Assembly (NCBI RefSeq): GCF_964204645.1 | Contig: NW_027437431.1 | Span: 124,001 to 188,000 of the forward strand | Origin: Tubulanus polymorphus | Taxonomy: Eukaryota; Animalia; Nemertea | Direction: 5' to 3' | DNA length: 64,000 nucleotides | Part shown: piece after piece, positions 44,089 through 54,510 of the stretch | Numbering within the stretch: position 1 is the stretch's first letter | How the letters are laid out: each line of letters opens with the position of its first letter | Notes under the pieces: model-generated | The model's input: the letters and a program-made list of their open reading frames with translations, nothing else | Database searches by the model: none | What the model was told of the DNA's origin: nothing | Position numbers and translations under genes: made by a program

Positions 44089-45171
44089 ATGCCATCGTTG
44101 AAACGGAGGCGAAACGGATTTACATTGCCCGGTTTACCACATTGCGGTCCATTCAACGATATATCCAGTTACAAAAGCGAAGGAATAGACGAAGTGTGCC
44201 GTATTCACGACAAAGAGTACGGAGAACTGCAAGAGAAATACGGTAAATGGGCTCCGTACTTCCAGTACAATTCAGCGGATCAGACATTTTTGGACAGTGC
44301 TTCGGGTGTGAACGGTGTAGGTGCGAGACTAACGTCGAGTGTATTCAGAGCAAAACGGGCGTTATTTCCAACAATGGCGGAAGAACCGGCATTAAAAAGA
44401 TCAAAGAGAACGGCGGAAACGGGGAGCGAAGAAGGGAACGCCCAACAAATGATGACTCACATGACGGAAAAGCCGTCACTACACTATAAGAGCGTGTTAA
44501 TACATAGAGGTTACCTAACGTTTACGAATTGGGATCCGGACCAGGCGTACGGAGCATTCGGAAGAAAAGCGAAGATTTACTGTTCGGGAATGAGAACGTT
44601 TAACTTCGGATTAAAAGAAAGAGAAGGATGGAGAAGATTTCCAGCCAGCATGGATACCATAGGGATGTGGGATCAATTCAAAGTGACTTCGGGTAAAATA
44701 ACGTTATACCCCATAGCGAGCGAAAGCGCGGTAAGCTCTGATTCGAACGCGTTCCAAGATCCGATAGTATGGTTAAAGACGGCAGCCGATTGGGACTTGA
44801 AAGTGAAAGACTCGGCCGCCAATACTCACCAGGGATCGCCGTACGCCGATATAAATTTATTAACTCAAAAGCAAAGCTACAGGCAATACGAATTAGGTCG
44901 GGGATGCGTTAGCATGGGATTACCCATGTCGACCATAAGAACCGAAATACAAGACACGAGTGACCCGACAGACGTTACCAGATCGGTGAATATCGGGGAT
45001 AACTCGGCGTGGTTAGACGGAGCGTACCGCGATCATTGGCAATCAGCCGCGCTCATTATGCAAATTTTAGTGTACAACGATTCGATACACGCGGATTTAA
45101 ACACGCCCCATACAGAAATTATCGTTCCAGCGGAAGTGGAGTTTACGATGATTCATAGAAACAGAGTATAA
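44089..45171 (+). CDS. PLA2-capsid protein, copy 14 (M326I)
   Basis: G>T at 45066. Confidence 0.88.
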   Translation: MPSLKRRRNGFTLPGLPHCGPFNDISSYKSEGIDEVCRIHDKEYGELQEKYGKWAPYFQYNSADQTFLDSASGVNGVGARLTSSVFRAKRALFPTMAEEPALKRSKRTAETGSEEGNAQQMMTHMTEKPSLHYKSVLIHRGYLTFTNWDPDQAYGAFGRKAKIYCSGMRTFNFGLKEREGWRRFPASMDTIGMWDQFKVTSGKITLYPIASESAVSSDSNAFQDPIVWLKTAADWDLKVKDSAANTHQGSPYADINLLTQKQSYRQYELGRGCVSMGLPMSTIRTEIQDTSDPTDVTRSVNIGDNSAWLDGAYRDHWQSAALIMQILVYNDSIHADLNTPHTEIIVPAEVEFTMIHRNRV

Positions 45172-45393
45172 TATGATAATAACTTTCCTATTCTTGGCAT
45201 CCGGTTTCCTACACGAGTACAAGTGGCACGTATATACTAAACGTATCATGAGTAGAACGCAACGATTCATGAAAATAAGAGACGAAGTGGCGAACGAGTG
45301 GGTCATCAAACACGACGTCAACGAAAATCGGGTACTAAGGGAACAACACATTACAGAAGTAGCGAAAAGGATATTCTACTACCGGGAAAAACA

Positions 45394-46797
45394 ATGGGAA
45401 CTAAGTCGAGAAACTGGTCGTTCACAACCGACAATCGAGCAGAAGTCTGCCTCGAAAGTCAAATCGGAACGTCAACAGTAACCGTACACATAGGTCCGCA
45501 AGAAGATCCGGACGGTTACGCGCACGGAGTAATAATAACGTTAGCCAAAGGTACGCAACGACCGTTGAAACAGAGCGAAAACGCGATTAGACAACTGTTA
45601 CACTCGCTAGGCATTAGATTAGTTAACGACTACATCAAACCGACGGAAAAATTAGGCGCCTACATTCAATACATGTACAAAGAAGCCGACAAAATACCGG
45701 AAGAATTACGAGGTCACTTGGAGGTGAAAAACTCGAAAACGAACGACGACTTTTTCGGCCAAAAGATAAACGCGTTATACGCGGAATACCAACAAAGACC
45801 GGGACTAGCCGATTGGACGGCGAGAATAGTGAAGGAGTTCGGTTACAACGTACCCGAACTGAAAGTGAAAAGATCGTTTAAAAATTGGCCGGTAAGGGTA
45901 AAAGATATTACGAGAAACGCGGGTGACTTTGCGTTGAAAATGACGGACATAACAGAGCCGAAATTGACGCCGGAAATGGGAGTAGAAATTATAACGAAAT
46001 GCCTGGATAACGTTCAATCGGCGATGTGGGATGGTAAACATATAAATAAACGTGACCTGCTGGTAATATTGGTGAACGCGGCGATCGAGGGAGGTACGAG
46101 TAAAATCAGAAACGCGCCTCATATAATATTTTACGGAGATGCCGGGTCTGGTAAATCGATGTTGGCTAAATTATTGTTCCCGGATTCGATTACGAGCCAA
46201 ATGCCGACGGATTCGGAAGGCGTAGGAGCGTGCGAGATGGGAGGAGGACAACGTATATTCAAAGTCGACGACGCCAGCGACGCTTTTTGGCACAACTCGG
46301 GGTTGTTGTCGATGATACTCGCGATGTACCAGTCCACCTGGGAGGCAAAAGTACATTCTAGTAAACAAAGTAACCCGCCGTGTATGACGGTAATTACGAC
46401 GAATTGTAAGAATCCGTTAGAGAAGTTCGCCTCTACAGTAGCTTTGGAAGCTGTGGAAAGGAGATTCTTGTCGGTGTATTTCAAAGGTAAAGCAGATTTG
46501 GGAAACGTAGTTTACGACATTACGCCGGGCGTATGCGAAGAAATATTAGAAATAATAGTTAACGAAATTAGACAAGGTAGATATCTGGACAACCAAGTCC
46601 ACTTGGACGACTGGGAAACGGATGATGACGTGGTGATACCGTTCGAAAAAGAAAGAAACTTCATCGAAGCGTACCACGTAGGTCACATGTCGGACGCGAT
46701 GCATCAGAATATGGAGGAAAGGTTAAAACGTAAACGTAAAGAAGAAGACGATACGAATGAAACTCTTAAGTTCGCTAAACGCGGGGAAATCCTGTAG
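45394..46797 (+). CDS. rep: Rep, copy 14
   Basis: Identical protein. Confidence 0.9.
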   Translation: MGTKSRNWSFTTDNRAEVCLESQIGTSTVTVHIGPQEDPDGYAHGVIITLAKGTQRPLKQSENAIRQLLHSLGIRLVNDYIKPTEKLGAYIQYMYKEADKIPEELRGHLEVKNSKTNDDFFGQKINALYAEYQQRPGLADWTARIVKEFGYNVPELKVKRSFKNWPVRVKDITRNAGDFALKMTDITEPKLTPEMGVEIITKCLDNVQSAMWDGKHINKRDLLVILVNAAIEGGTSKIRNAPHIIFYGDAGSGKSMLAKLLFPDSITSQMPTDSEGVGACEMGGGQRIFKVDDASDAFWHNSGLLSMILAMYQSTWEAKVHSSKQSNPPCMTVITTNCKNPLEKFASTVALEAVERRFLSVYFKGKADLGNVVYDITPGVCEEILEIIVNEIRQGRYLDNQVHLDDWETDDDVVIPFEKERNFIEAYHVGHMSDAMHQNMEERLKRKRKEEDDTNETLKFAKRGEIL

Positions 46798-47494
46798 TTG
46801 GCAATGTAAATAAATCTATAAATAGAATTCTATAAATTTCTCAATTCGTTACTACCAGTGGACCCGCAGACCCGCGGACCCACTGGCTGTTCGTTTTTCA
46901 TGGTCTACCCCCCCTTATATATATAATAAGGAAAGAGAAGGAGGGTCCGCGGGTCCGCGGGTCTGCGGTATTCTCTAAACCGAGAATCGAAAAGTTAATG
47001 AAACTAGGTCGGAAAGATAACAAATTATTATTCAATATATCCTAAAGCTTCTACGAGGTTGGTCACGCGCTCGCTACGCTCGCCAGCGTGACACAACCTC
47101 GTGGACGCTCCAAAGATAATGAGTATGTGCTTGATAATGAGTGAATTAATTGGGAACCCTATAGCGGGTAAAAGGTAAGAAGTAGAAATTATAGGGTTAG
47201 GGGTTATCATTATACTCGGATGCCCACAGCCCGTGGTGGTCTGTGACAGTGGAGGTTAGTTAAAGTTCGAGGCGTGTGACTAGTCGGGGGGAATAACATA
47301 GGCGGCTACGCCGCGATAGTTTGTCGGCAAGGTCGGCTGCGCCTCCGGCGGTACAGATTACATCTGAGTGTATTAGTCTACCAACGGAAGCCCAAACCCT
47401 AAATAATATTAGTCGGAAAAATCTGAGTTAGAGGGTCGCAACCGGTTCAAACAATTTAACATCTCATACAGGTGACTCGTACTTTTAGTATCAA

Positions 47495-48577
47495 ATGCCA
47501 TCGTTGAAACGGAGGCGAAACGGATTTACATTGCCCGGTTTACCACATTGCGGTCCATTCAACGATATATCCAGTTACAAAAGCGAAGGAATAGACGAAG
47601 TGTGCCGTATTCACGACAAAGAGTACGGAGAACTGCAAGAGAAATACGGTAAATGGGCTCCGTACTTCCAGTACAATTCAGCGGATCAGACATTTTTGGA
47701 CAGTGCTTCGGGTGTGAACGGTGTAGGTGCGAGACTAACGTCGAGTGTATTCAGAGCAAAACGGGCGTTATTTCCAACAATGGCGGAAGAACCGGCATTA
47801 AAAAGATCAAAGAGAACGGCGGAAACGGGGAGCGAAGAAGGGAACGCCCAACAAATGATGACTCACATGACGGAAAAGCCGTCACTACACTATAAGAGCG
47901 TGTTAATACATAGAGGTTACCTAACGTTTACGAATTGGGATCCGGACCAGGCGTACGGAGCATTCGGAAGAAAAGCGAAGATTTACTGTTCGGGAATGAG
48001 AACGTTTAACTTCGGATTAAAAGAAAGAGAAGGATGGAGAAGATTTCCAGCCAGCATGGATACCATAGGGATGTGGGATCAATTCAAAGTGACTTCGGGT
48101 AAAATAACGTTATACCCCATAGCGAGCGAAAGCGCGGTAAGCTCTGATTCGAACGCGTTCCAAGATCCGATAGTATGGTTAAAGACGGCAGCCGATTGGG
48201 ACTTGAAAGTGAAAGACTCGGCCGCCAATACTCACCAGGGATCGCCGTACGCCGATATAAATTTATTAACTCAAAAGCAAAGCTACAGGCAATACGAATT
48301 AGGTCGGGGATGCGTTAGCATGGGATTACCCATGTCGACCATAAGAACCGAAATACAAGACACGAGTGACCCGACAGACGTTACCAGATCGGTGAATATC
48401 GGGGATAACTCGGCGTGGTTAGACGGAGCGTACCGCGATCATTGGCAATCAGCCGCGCTCATTATGCAAATGTTAGTGTACAACGATTCGATACACGCGG
48501 ATTTAAACACGCCCCATACAGAAATTATCGTTCCAGCGGAAGTGGAGTTTACGATGATTCATAGAAACAGAGTATAA
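47495..48577 (+). CDS. PLA2-capsid protein, copy 15
   Basis: Identical protein. Confidence 0.88.
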   Translation: MPSLKRRRNGFTLPGLPHCGPFNDISSYKSEGIDEVCRIHDKEYGELQEKYGKWAPYFQYNSADQTFLDSASGVNGVGARLTSSVFRAKRALFPTMAEEPALKRSKRTAETGSEEGNAQQMMTHMTEKPSLHYKSVLIHRGYLTFTNWDPDQAYGAFGRKAKIYCSGMRTFNFGLKEREGWRRFPASMDTIGMWDQFKVTSGKITLYPIASESAVSSDSNAFQDPIVWLKTAADWDLKVKDSAANTHQGSPYADINLLTQKQSYRQYELGRGCVSMGLPMSTIRTEIQDTSDPTDVTRSVNIGDNSAWLDGAYRDHWQSAALIMQMLVYNDSIHADLNTPHTEIIVPAEVEFTMIHRNRV

Positions 48578-48799
48578 TATGATAATAACTTTCCTATTCT
48601 TGGCATCCGGTTTCCTACACGAGTACAAGTGGCACGTATATACTAAACGTATCATGAGTAGAACGCAACGATTCATGAAAATAAGAGACGAAGTGGCGAA
48701 CGAGTGGGTCATCAAACACGACGTCAACGAAAATCGGGTACTAAGGGAACAACACATTACAGAAGTAGCGAAAAGGATATTCTACTACCGGGAAAAACA

Positions 48800-50203
48800 A
48801 TGGGAACTAAGTCGAGAAACTGGTCGTTCACAACCGACAATCGAGCAGAAGTCTGCCTCGAAAGTCAAATCGGAACGTCAACAGTAACCGTACACATAGG
48901 TCCGCAAGAAGATCCGGACGGTTACGCGCACGGAGTAATAATAACGTTAGCCAAAGGTACGCAACGACCGTTGAAACAGAGCGAAAACGCGATTAGACAA
49001 CTGTTACACTCGCTAGGCATTAGATTAGTTAACGACTACATCAAACCGACGGAAAAATTAGGCGCCTACATTCAATACATGTACAAAGAAGCCGACAAAA
49101 TACCGGAAGAATTACGAGGTCACTTGGAGGTGAAAAACTCGAAAACGAACGACGACTTTTTCGGCCAAAAGATAAACGCGTTATACGCGGAATACCAACA
49201 AAGACCGGGACTAGCCGATTGGACGGCGAGAATAGTGAAGGAGTTCGGTTACAACGTACCCGAACTGAAAGTGAAAAGATCGTTTAAAAATTGGCCGGTA
49301 AGGGTAAAAGATATTACGAGAAACGCGGGTGACTTTGCGTTGAAAATGACGGACATAACAGAGCCGAAATTGACGCCGGAAATGGGAGTAGAAATTATAA
49401 CGAAATGCCTGGATAACGTTCAATCGGCGATGTGGGATGGTAAACATATAAATAAACGTGACCTGCTGGTAATATTGGTGAACGCGGCGATCGAGGGAGG
49501 TACGAGTAAAATCAGAAACGCGCCTCATATAATATTTTACGGAGATGCCGGGTCTGGTAAATCGATGTTGGCTAAATTATTGTTCCCGGATTCGATTACG
49601 AGCCAAATGCCGACGGATTCGGAAGGCGTAGGAGCGTGCGAGATGGGAGGAGGACAACGTATATTCAAAGTCGACGACGCCAGCGACGCTTTTTGGCACA
49701 ACTCGGGGTTGTTGTCGATGATACTCGCGATGTACCAGTCCACCTGGGAGGCAAAAGTACATTCTAGTAAACAAAGTAACCCGCCGTGTATGACGGTAAT
49801 TACGACGAATTGTAAGAATCCGTTAGAGAAGTTCGCCTCTACAGTAGCTTTGGAAGCTGTGGAAAGGAGATTCTTGTCGGTGTATTTCAAAGGTAAAGCA
49901 GATTTGGGAAACGTAGTTTACGACATTACGCCGGGCGTATGCGAAGAAATATTAGAAATAATAGTTAACGAAATTAGACAAGGTAGATATCTGGACAACC
50001 AAGTCCACTTGGACGACTGGGAAACGGATGATGACGTGGTGATACCGTTCGAAAAAGAAAGAAACTTCATCGAAGCGTACCACGTAGGTCACATGTCGGA
50101 CGCGATGCATCAGAATATGGAGGAAAGGTTAAAACGTAAACGTAAAGAAGAAGACGATACGAATGAAACTCTTAAGTTCGCTAAACGCGGGGAAATCCTG
50201 TAG
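48800..50203 (+). CDS. rep: Rep, copy 15
   Basis: Identical protein. Confidence 0.9.
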   Translation: MGTKSRNWSFTTDNRAEVCLESQIGTSTVTVHIGPQEDPDGYAHGVIITLAKGTQRPLKQSENAIRQLLHSLGIRLVNDYIKPTEKLGAYIQYMYKEADKIPEELRGHLEVKNSKTNDDFFGQKINALYAEYQQRPGLADWTARIVKEFGYNVPELKVKRSFKNWPVRVKDITRNAGDFALKMTDITEPKLTPEMGVEIITKCLDNVQSAMWDGKHINKRDLLVILVNAAIEGGTSKIRNAPHIIFYGDAGSGKSMLAKLLFPDSITSQMPTDSEGVGACEMGGGQRIFKVDDASDAFWHNSGLLSMILAMYQSTWEAKVHSSKQSNPPCMTVITTNCKNPLEKFASTVALEAVERRFLSVYFKGKADLGNVVYDITPGVCEEILEIIVNEIRQGRYLDNQVHLDDWETDDDVVIPFEKERNFIEAYHVGHMSDAMHQNMEERLKRKRKEEDDTNETLKFAKRGEIL

Positions 50204-50599
50204 TTGGCAATGTAAATAAATCTATAAATAGAATTCTATAAATTTCTCAATTCGTTACTACCAGTGGACCCGCAGACCCGCGGACCCACTGGCTGTTCGT
50301 TTTTCATGGTCTACCCCCCCTTATATATATAATAAGGAAAGAGAAGGAGGGTCCGCGGGTCCGCGGGTCTGCGGTATTCTCTAAACCGAGAATCGAAAAG
50401 TTAATGAAACTAGGTCGGAAAGATAACAAAGCGTATCTTATTTATAAAAAGGTTTAGATTTTATATTATATCTCTTTTAAAGTTGTGAAACTAATTCCTG
50501 TTTCACGCAATATAAATCTAAATATCAATTTATTTAATACTGTAAACGTTGAATTAAAGGAAGAAATAACAGTTGATCCTTCAGTTTTGATAAATCTTT

Positions 50600-51298
50600 T
50601 TACTAATTTTATCAATGTTTACAATTAAAATTATTCCCTGTTTATACATCACAATCAATGATATATTTCTGTTTTTCTAAATAATACAAATCACATTCAG
50701 ATAACTTATAATTAATTTGTGTTCAAAATCGTTTAACATTTTTTAATGGCAAAATATTTAATAAACTAGAATTACAAATTGTACTTTACTTGCTTCAAAC
50801 AGGGTCTATTAAATTGCAATAAATATAAAAATGTGTAAAAGGTATTAATTTTGATGTACCTTCTATGTTTCCAGTAACAATATCTGGTTTAATTCCTAAC
50901 AACTTTGCTATTGATTTTCTTACCAAAAATGCTTGTTCATTTTCATCATATACCTTTATTTTGATTTTGTTTGAACTATCACTTTTTATAAATCTAATTA
51001 GTAATTTATCATCACCTCTAATTTTCAACCGTGCTCGTCTATTAATTTCGTGAGCTTATGTTTCTAAATAGTATAATCCTGGTTTTAAAAATAAAGTAAA
51101 CCATTTACCTATATTTTAATATGAATTTAAAAAACGTTATCTTCAAGAGTTTTATCCGTTATATTATAAAAAGAATTACATAAACTAATATTTACTAATT
51201 TTAAATGAACATAATTCTCTATCTAATTGTATTTGTAAATTATTAGATTTTTGATTTCTATGTTTTCTAGAATCAACATATATTCTATATTCTTTCAT
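50600..51298 (-). pseudogene. Degraded Polinton/Maverick-like minor capsid (penton-like) gene
   Basis: Manual translation across frameshifts and stops gives MKEYRIYVDSRKHRNQKSNNLQIQL ... LVNISLCNSFYNIT ... FLKPGLYY ... IAKLLGI ... FYIYCNLID ... SSLLNILPL. This matches my recollection of the IDS / NSFYNI / PGxY / LLG / IxCxL motif order of Polinton and NCLDV minor capsid proteins. 3' end approximate. Confidence 0.55.
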
Positions 51299-51314
51299 TT
51301 ATTTTACATATTTT

Positions 51315-51638
51315 TCATTCAAAATCTATAACATGATGTCCTTTTTCATCTTTATCTTTATAAATTAAATCAAATATTCCTGATTTTAAATCATCAATAT
51401 CTTCAATTGATAATCTATTAAATCTATCTGGTAAATATGTTCTAAATTCATGATTATTTCTTAAATGTGCTACAAATTCATATTCAGTTGATATTATTTC
51501 AATATCTGTTATTAAATATCTTTTATTAAATGTTAATTCAATCAATTTTTTATATCTATAATCTACATTCTTAGCAACTGTTATATCTTTTATTCTTTCA
51601 ATAAAGTTTTTATTGTTTTGTGATTGTTTACGCTCCAT
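51315..51638 (-). CDS. 107-aa hypothetical protein, probably Polinton-associated
   Basis: Intact ATG-started ORF tightly packed upstream of the penton-like pseudogene. KKLxEL..KRYLIT..TYLPDRF resembles small uncharacterised proteins of invertebrate Mavericks (recollection, unverified). Confidence 0.45.
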   Translation of the reverse strand: MERKQSQNNKNFIERIKDITVAKNVDYRYKKLIELTFNKRYLITDIEIISTEYEFVAHLRNNHEFRTYLPDRFNRLSIEDIDDLKSGIFDLIYKDKDEKGHHVIDFE

Positions 51639-52121
51639 TCATTATACATATTTCTTATCAAAAATAAAATTATTATATTATTATTTGATATTATTTAATA
51701 TTTTAATAAATTAGGTAATATAGATACATTAATCATTATTGAGAAATATTCACATAATTTTATGATATTGAAATAGTTATGAAATAATAATAATATATAA
51801 ACATTATTTTTATATTTTTAAAACTACTTTTATATTCCTTATCTAATAAAGCGACTGAAATTACTAAGGAGAAATAAAGACACAGGGGTGATATAATAAA
51901 CAAGTGTCATATTTACATTTTATAATTTTTCTAATATTGAAAATGGTACAAACTATAAAATATAAATATAATAAGATATTATTTGTTACATATTGAATGA
52001 TATTTATTAAAAAATTCAAAATAATCATTTTTTATTTTATCAATTTTAGATTTTAATATTTTGATATTTATTTCATTATTTATTTATAATTATGAAAATA
52101 AAACATTTTAATAGATATTAG

Positions 52122-52265
52122 AGTAAGTGTATAATCATGTTTACATATTGAAGGTTGAAAGGTTGAGTGAATAAAATATAGATAAATTCGAGCCGGCGAG
52201 AATGTTTTTTATTTTTGAGCTCGACCTTTCGACCTTCGATCTGAAAACATAATTATACACTTACT
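52122..52265. mobile_element. Polinton-type terminus forming a 144-bp foldback (AGTAAGT...ACTTACT)
   Basis: AGTAAGTGTATAATCATGTTTACATATTGAAGGTTGAAAGGTTGAG is an imperfect inverted copy of the end ...GAGCTCGACCTTTCGACCTTCGATCTGAAAACATAATTATACACTTACT. It shares a subterminal motif with the TIRs at 53582 and 58213. Confidence 0.6.
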
Positions 52266-52315
52266 GATGTGTAACCAATGCCAACTTAGAGGAAGACCGC
52301 TCTGCGCACAAGCGC

Positions 52316-52424
52316 CAACAATGCCAGTTGTCAATAAGATGGAAACTGGAAATGTGATATTAAATTTGAGCAACAATGCCAGTTGTCAATAAGATGGAAA
52401 ACTGGAAATGTGATATTAAATTTG
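52316..52424 (+). repeat. 55-bp tandem duplication followed by an A-run
   Basis: CAACAATGCCAGTTGTCAATAAGATGGAAACTGGAAATGTGATATTAAATTTGA occurs twice. Confidence 0.85.
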
Positions 52425-52730
52425 AAAAAAAAAACTGATTGGGTTAGGAAGACGTAAATTTTTTTAGAAATGTGAGACTTACTTATTCACCTATATTTCC
52501 TCTTTCAGATGATACCAAAATTGTCGTTGACGATTGAAATGTACCTTTTCCAATATTTTAGTCCTGTCCATGGGTCCCAAAAATTGACTTTTCGCTTGAG
52601 TGGAAATTTCGTGAATTTTTTTTTTTTGAAGGTAGCCCTTGTTCTCTAGTACCAGGATCCAATTATCATTGGTCCAAATTTTGCAGGCGTGACCTTAAAG
52701 ATGTTGCTATAGCAACTACTATTCGTTCAT

Positions 52731-52844
52731 CTGGACCCAGTTCCACAGTTGTGAGTTAGAGTTAACTCTGAGTTAAAGTTAGTTCATTTTCGATGTTTTA
52801 ACCCAGGGTTAAATCTTAACTCAGAACTGTGGAACTGGACCCTG
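52731..52844. mobile_element. Small MITE-like foldback
   Basis: CCAGTTCCACAGTT..TGAGTTA pairs with TAACTCA..AACTGTGGAACTGG; non-coding. Confidence 0.6.
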
Positions 52845-53509
52845 AATGTCATTTTCACGATTAAAATACTTTTATTTGAGCATAAATACCAAACAGGATG
52901 GTTAAATTCTGGTGTCCGATTTAAACCACTGCTATATCATAATATCATTCCAAAAGTTTCAATAAAATTTCAATTCTGCAACAAAGGAGTTTTAATTTTC
53001 TAAATTGAAATTTTACTGTAAAAACCAGAAATGTGAACAAAATCGTATTAAATTCTAGTCACATATTCTATTTATTCCAAAACAGATTTAGACAGTTGAT
53101 CATTCCATACCTTGTACTTGTTACAAAATACAATATATCGTTATTTGAAGTGAATGAAACTTATAAGTGATGATACATCACAGCAGAGAAAAGCACTAGG
53201 CTAGTGCATAGCCTTAATGATGTTTTTTCTTATGAATAACATGTTCCATTCTTTAAATTGATTAATCTCATTCTTAAAATTATTTAATCGATAACGAATG
53301 CACTGAGTGAGAACCTGAGTGTCAGTGACAGTGGTATATCGCTATCGGACACACGCGAGCAGTATTACGGAGCGCCACGCTCGGGACTGGGTGAATCATT
53401 CAGGTTGCATCTAAAACACTAAAATCAAAATCGGAACGAAAAAACCAAAGGGCGGTTAGAGGTATGTTCTTTAGACAGACCCATAAAAGATATTTATACT
53501 ACACAAAAA

Positions 53510-53563
53510 GGTTTCGGCGTGGCCGAACCCGCGACCTTCCGCGTGTGAAGCGGACGTGATAAC
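53510..53563 (-). pseudogene. 5'-truncated tRNA-Val(CAC)-derived sequence
   Basis: Minus strand reads GTTATCACGTCCGCTTCACACGCGGAAGGTCGCGGGTTCGGCCACGCCGAAACC, then TTTTT. Anticodon arm TCCGC-TTCACAC-GCGGA and GGTTCG T-loop start are present. The 5' acceptor/D-arm part is missing and the T-arm is degenerate. Confidence 0.7.
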
Positions 53564-53756
53564 TGTAACCGGCTGGTTGTTAGTAATAGGGGTAATGGGC
53601 TTTCAGATCAAAGGTCGAAGGGTCGAGCTCGTAAAAAATGAAAAACATAAAAATAATATCAATTTCTACTTGAATTACTCGCGAAACTCATAAAAATGAA
53701 AAATAAATTCTCACACGCTCGAATTTATTTTTCATTTTTACTCGCTAGAAAAAAGT

Positions 53757-54457
53757 GTGAGTGAAATAATTCATAAATCATTGAATATTTATATTTATAT
53801 GCGTTGGATTCATTTTAATAAAAGTTTTGTTATTGAAATGAAGACAGAAGAAGAAGAACCCAACTTTAAAATCGAAATCAATGAAACCAATAAATCATTT
53901 TCACAGTTTTACATTAAAAATTATATTTCAGCAACAAATTTAGTGTCCGCAAGACATTATAAAATCGATAACATAACTATGATTAATCAAATATTATCAA
54001 ATGAAACATATTTACTCACTGAACTAGTAGATACTTTTGATAATGGTGTTAAAAATCCTAAAGTATTCAATACAGTTTTAAATTTTAAAGGAACTTTAGA
54101 TGAAAACATAATTAATATTCTTAAAACTCCTTTCAATGAAAGAAATGATGATATAATACTTTCAAAAGATTACAATGATTTGATTAACTTAAGAATTGAA
54201 AAAAGACAATTATATTATTTCAATTTTGATAATAAACAAATTATCTATAATGAAAATTCATCAAATATTGGCATTCAATGTGAATCAGATAATGAAAAAT
54301 CATTTAAAGATATTGCAGTTTAATGTAATTTAGATGATGAATTTAGAAAATTCAATCCTAATGAAAAAGTGCATTGTTATTGCGGAGGTAAATATTTAAA
54401 ATCACATAAATCAAAGCATTATGAAACAATTAAACATAAAAACTGGCGTAAAGAGTA
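53757..54457 (+). pseudogene. Left-TIR copy of the 233-aa Zn-finger ORF with a premature stop
   Basis: TAA at 54321-54323 where the right-TIR copy has CAA (Gln). Confidence 0.7.
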
Positions 54458-54510
54458 ACAATTCTACATTATAATTATTGAATTGAGTTAAATGATTTAA
54501 ATATCTAATA

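Larger units (their letters stand above)
1..50430 (+). mobile_element. Tandem head-to-tail array (~14.8 copies, 3406-bp period) of an endogenous circular-ssDNA-virus-like genome (PLA2-capsid + Rep)
   Basis: All ORFs recur at exactly +3406 bp with no indels. The last copy matches the unit up to AGATAACAAA (50430 = 2746 + 14x3406), then switches to unrelated AT-rich DNA. The left end lies outside the window. Confidence 0.95.

Noticed and set aside
1-50430. Interpretation as a standard linear parvovirus/densovirus
   Set aside because: No long terminal hairpins or head-to-head junctions, the capsid is too short, and Rep motif I is CRESS-like. A strictly head-to-tail 3.4-kb period fits a circular template.
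1-50430. Interpretation as a Helitron tandem array
   Set aside because: The helicase is SF3, not PIF1/SF1, and a capsid-like gene is present.
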